Shown here piece after piece: positions 61,129 through 64,000 of a stretch of DNA of 64,000 nucleotides; positions within the stretch are counted from its first letter, which is position 1, and each line of letters begins with the position of its first letter. The position numbers and the translations under genes were made by a program. This DNA is from Phoronis australis (taxonomy: Eukaryota; Animalia; Phoronida), in contig NMRA01000450.1 of the NCBI GenBank assembly GCA_002633005.1, positions 99,253 to 163,252 of the forward strand. Reading direction: 5' to 3'. The notes below the pieces were generated by a model. It made no database searches. It saw only the letters and a list, made by a program, of their open reading frames with translations, and had not been told where the DNA came from.

Positions 61129-62999
61129 TTAACAACTCTTTGGAGCTTCATACTCGAGGTTATCCAACGCCCACAGCGACCCCCCGACGTCACCGCACCC
61201 GACATTTTTTTTATTACCAAAACGCCGATGACATGACGCAGAGGCAACGTCAAAATTGACGGGCACTGCCGTGCAAAGGACTAGAACAACAGTGATGAGA
61301 CCTGGGGTAGGTTTCATGAAAGTGACTTAAGACATCGCTCCCACGACACAATTGTCGAATAAAGTTTTACTCAACTAATTGTGAGGGCATTGCCTTCTAA
61401 AAATAATTCATAAAATTTATGTCGGTAAATATGACTTTTGTGTATATTTTCGGATACTGCACTTTTGCTCAAGTGAGATTTAACTATTTTTCAGAAATAC
61501 TTATGTGGAGCGTAAACCCATTGGCAAATGTCTGCTTTAAATCTTAAGTTACTTTACATGAAACAGACCCAGACCACAGTCAGCGCACATATCAACAACT
61601 CCGTTGTCAATGTAGCCGATCGTTAAGCATTCAAAATGTGGATGACTATAACGACGACGCTGAGGCCAACGACGTCAGTGGTGAACGTGACGTGCATGCA
61701 AAGTAGTAACCACAACTTCCCTTCCCGGTCTCTCCATTCTGCAAAATGCGGATCACATATGGTCAGACAGTGGTTCCGGGATTTTAAAACCATACCTTAA
61801 ACAAATTTTGTGTAAATTTCCATCGTTTTTAGCTCACAAAATTTAGAATTTTCAGATTTCAAGGAAAAAATGAAATGTGGTGAAACGGGCGATCTCCGCC
61901 GTCCGTTGACACCATCAAAAACGCAATGACTAAGACACTGGCGATGGTGGTGATAATGATGGTCATCAATACGAAAACATGATGGATTCTATTTCGAACG
62001 GACGAAAACTGTAATGTGTTGTATACGAATAATAGACCAATAAAACAACGAGGAATCGATCAGTCAGTCTCAAATAGTTCAAGAATGTTTTTCAACTTAA
62101 AAGTTGTAACCAGGACTTGCAGTAGGCAAAGAACAAAATACGAAATCCAAAAATTCACCGATAAATTAAAACCGTGTACGAACTCATTTCAAAGTGAAAT
62201 TCATAGGCCGTGTGAATGGTAATCGCACATGCGCACATGACGTTCACCTTCGAGGGCAGATTTGCTGAAACCACGAATATACCCGAGATATTCCCAAAGG
62301 TCTAGCAACATTACTTAACGACAATCGGCATCTGCCTGCCTAATACGTTAAATCAAGTCTATGCATTCACCCACGTATCTAGAAAACTGTGAAATTAAAA
62401 TAAGTGAAAGTGCATATTTTATGAAAAAAAGAAAGAGTGCAAAAATTTATTTTTACATTACATTAATCTGTTATTGATTGGGTCACGTGACCAATTTTTT
62501 CAGTAAAATTTGGCAATGCGCTACATTCATAGCAAAACAACGGCATCGGTAACATGACCAAATGTCGTCTGATATAACTACTTAAGGCTGCTACAGTGAC
62601 AGTGTTCGTTTTCATTATTCGCAACTTCGTAAAAATCTTGAAGTCAAAGGTATTTTAAAGCTCCTGCCGTATAAATGAGCCATTTAAAAATAAATCTTAA
62701 CAGTGCATAACACAAACCCACTCAGTGTTTCATTGAATCTGGTTAGTCCTTTCTGAGTAGTATAGTAAGAGGTTTTCGCTCCCTGTTTGGGAGGGTCCCT
62801 CGATCAAAGGTCATAAATCCGAAAGGAAAGATCAAAGGTCACCTGGGATGGATGCAATCGGAAGGGACATCATCCGCCTACCAGACAAAAGTGTCAATGA
62901 CGTCCTTAAGCTTAGACAGCATCCCCCCACGCCCCATTGTGACAGTGTGCCAGGCATATTCAACATGAAGAATTCTCAAGAGTAATATCAGTGTGTCAA

Positions 63000-63700
63000 C
63001 ACAGTGTACATGTGGCACCATGCCTGCCATGGAGCATTTAGGGATAAAGGGAAGATCAAGAGACTTCACAAAACATCGTTAGCAGCAGTCACCACCACCA
63101 CCCTCACCAGAGCTGCAGCCTAATTCGTCACATAGAAGAATAGTCTGTTTTTCAGTTAACTGGGACCATTGCATGTTTTGTCAAAAAAGTGACATCACTT
63201 CTTCTTTGCACAATGTAAGAACTCTGGAAAGATCTAAGAATATTTTGACCCTATCAGAAACAGATTTTGTGATGCAAGTCAGGGTACATGTAGCTAATAT
63301 CAGTGATCTTGTTGTTGTTGTTGAGGGCAAGTACCACCTCAAATGTTACGTCAGCTTCCAAAGAAAGGCCAAAAACTCTGGTGATGACCAAAGTACATCT
63401 GATGAACATGGACATTTGCTTTCACTACAAATGTGATGAATTTAGATCAGGACTGAATCAAGGACATCTGTATGACATGTGAGTCATTTGGAATACTTAT
63501 GAACAGTTGACATCAAAGCATGACATTAGTATCGTAGGAAGTAGGCAACTCGACGAACTAGTTTCTATGATGATGTCAAAAAGTCTCTTGGTGACAAAGC
63601 AAGCTTGATACCGAATATTGACCTAAAGGGACACCTATTACTTAATCTTCCGAAATATCGTGAACGCACTATTGCATCTTCACTAGCCTCAACGAATGCA
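63000..63700 (+). pseudogene. decayed N-terminal region of a large DNA-transposon protein (Academ-like, tentative)
   Basis: WHHACHGAF..K.KIKR, then NWDHCMFCQK....LHNV.T...DLVVVVEGKYHLKCY motif series with stops and frameshifts; family name recalled, not verified. Confidence 0.45.
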
Positions 63701-63796
63701 AGTAATGAAAACGGTGATATACGATTGTAAAATCAGAAAAACTAGTTTTTTTAGCGGTACTTCACACAATGGGGCTATTCGGAAAATCTACAATAA

Positions 63797-64000
63797 CTAG
63801 AGGGCGTGCGTGTACTAGTGGTGATAGATTAACAGCCTCGATTTCGCGAGCCCTTTAAATACATGGTGAAATGGCTTGCAGCCGTGCCAACTGAATCTGA
63901 GATTGCGTAAAAAGGGTGCTTCTATGAGAGGAAGTAAGCGCGACCTCATACAAAGGTAAGGTTTGTGATTATTTTTACGATTATTCCATGATTATTCTAC
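63797..64000 (+). repeat. inverted copy of the 14731-14938 repeat, runs off the window
   Basis: Shared blocks as listed for 14731-14938. Confidence 0.9.

Overview
Eukaryotic, AT-rich, repeat-dense DNA. Spliceosomal introns, microsatellites and metazoan-type transposon families point to an invertebrate animal (inference); there are no prokaryotic operons, CRISPR arrays or rRNA. Main contents: (1) a 5'-truncated, decayed RNase H-bearing LINE on the minus strand (~6.1-8.06 kb); (2) a full-length but mutated Ngaro/PAT-type tyrosine-recombinase retrotransposon on the minus strand (39347-45302) with split direct repeats A1...B1-A2-B2, gag, RT/RNase H and YR, plus an SGNH hydrolase ORF placed 5' of gag and separated from it by an array of hairpin + ACCGCCGAA modules; (3) a DC-STAMP/DCST-family gene on the plus strand (~53.9-60.2 kb) with a polybasic furin-like insert and possible inactivating lesions; (4) many non-autonomous DNA transposons (IS3EU-like with TSD, ISL2EU-like with a THAP exon, hAT/Harbinger-type MITEs) and several interspersed repeat families. 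Most short ORFs in the supplied track appear spurious. All alignments and translations were done by eye, so coordinates of diverged repeats are approximate.
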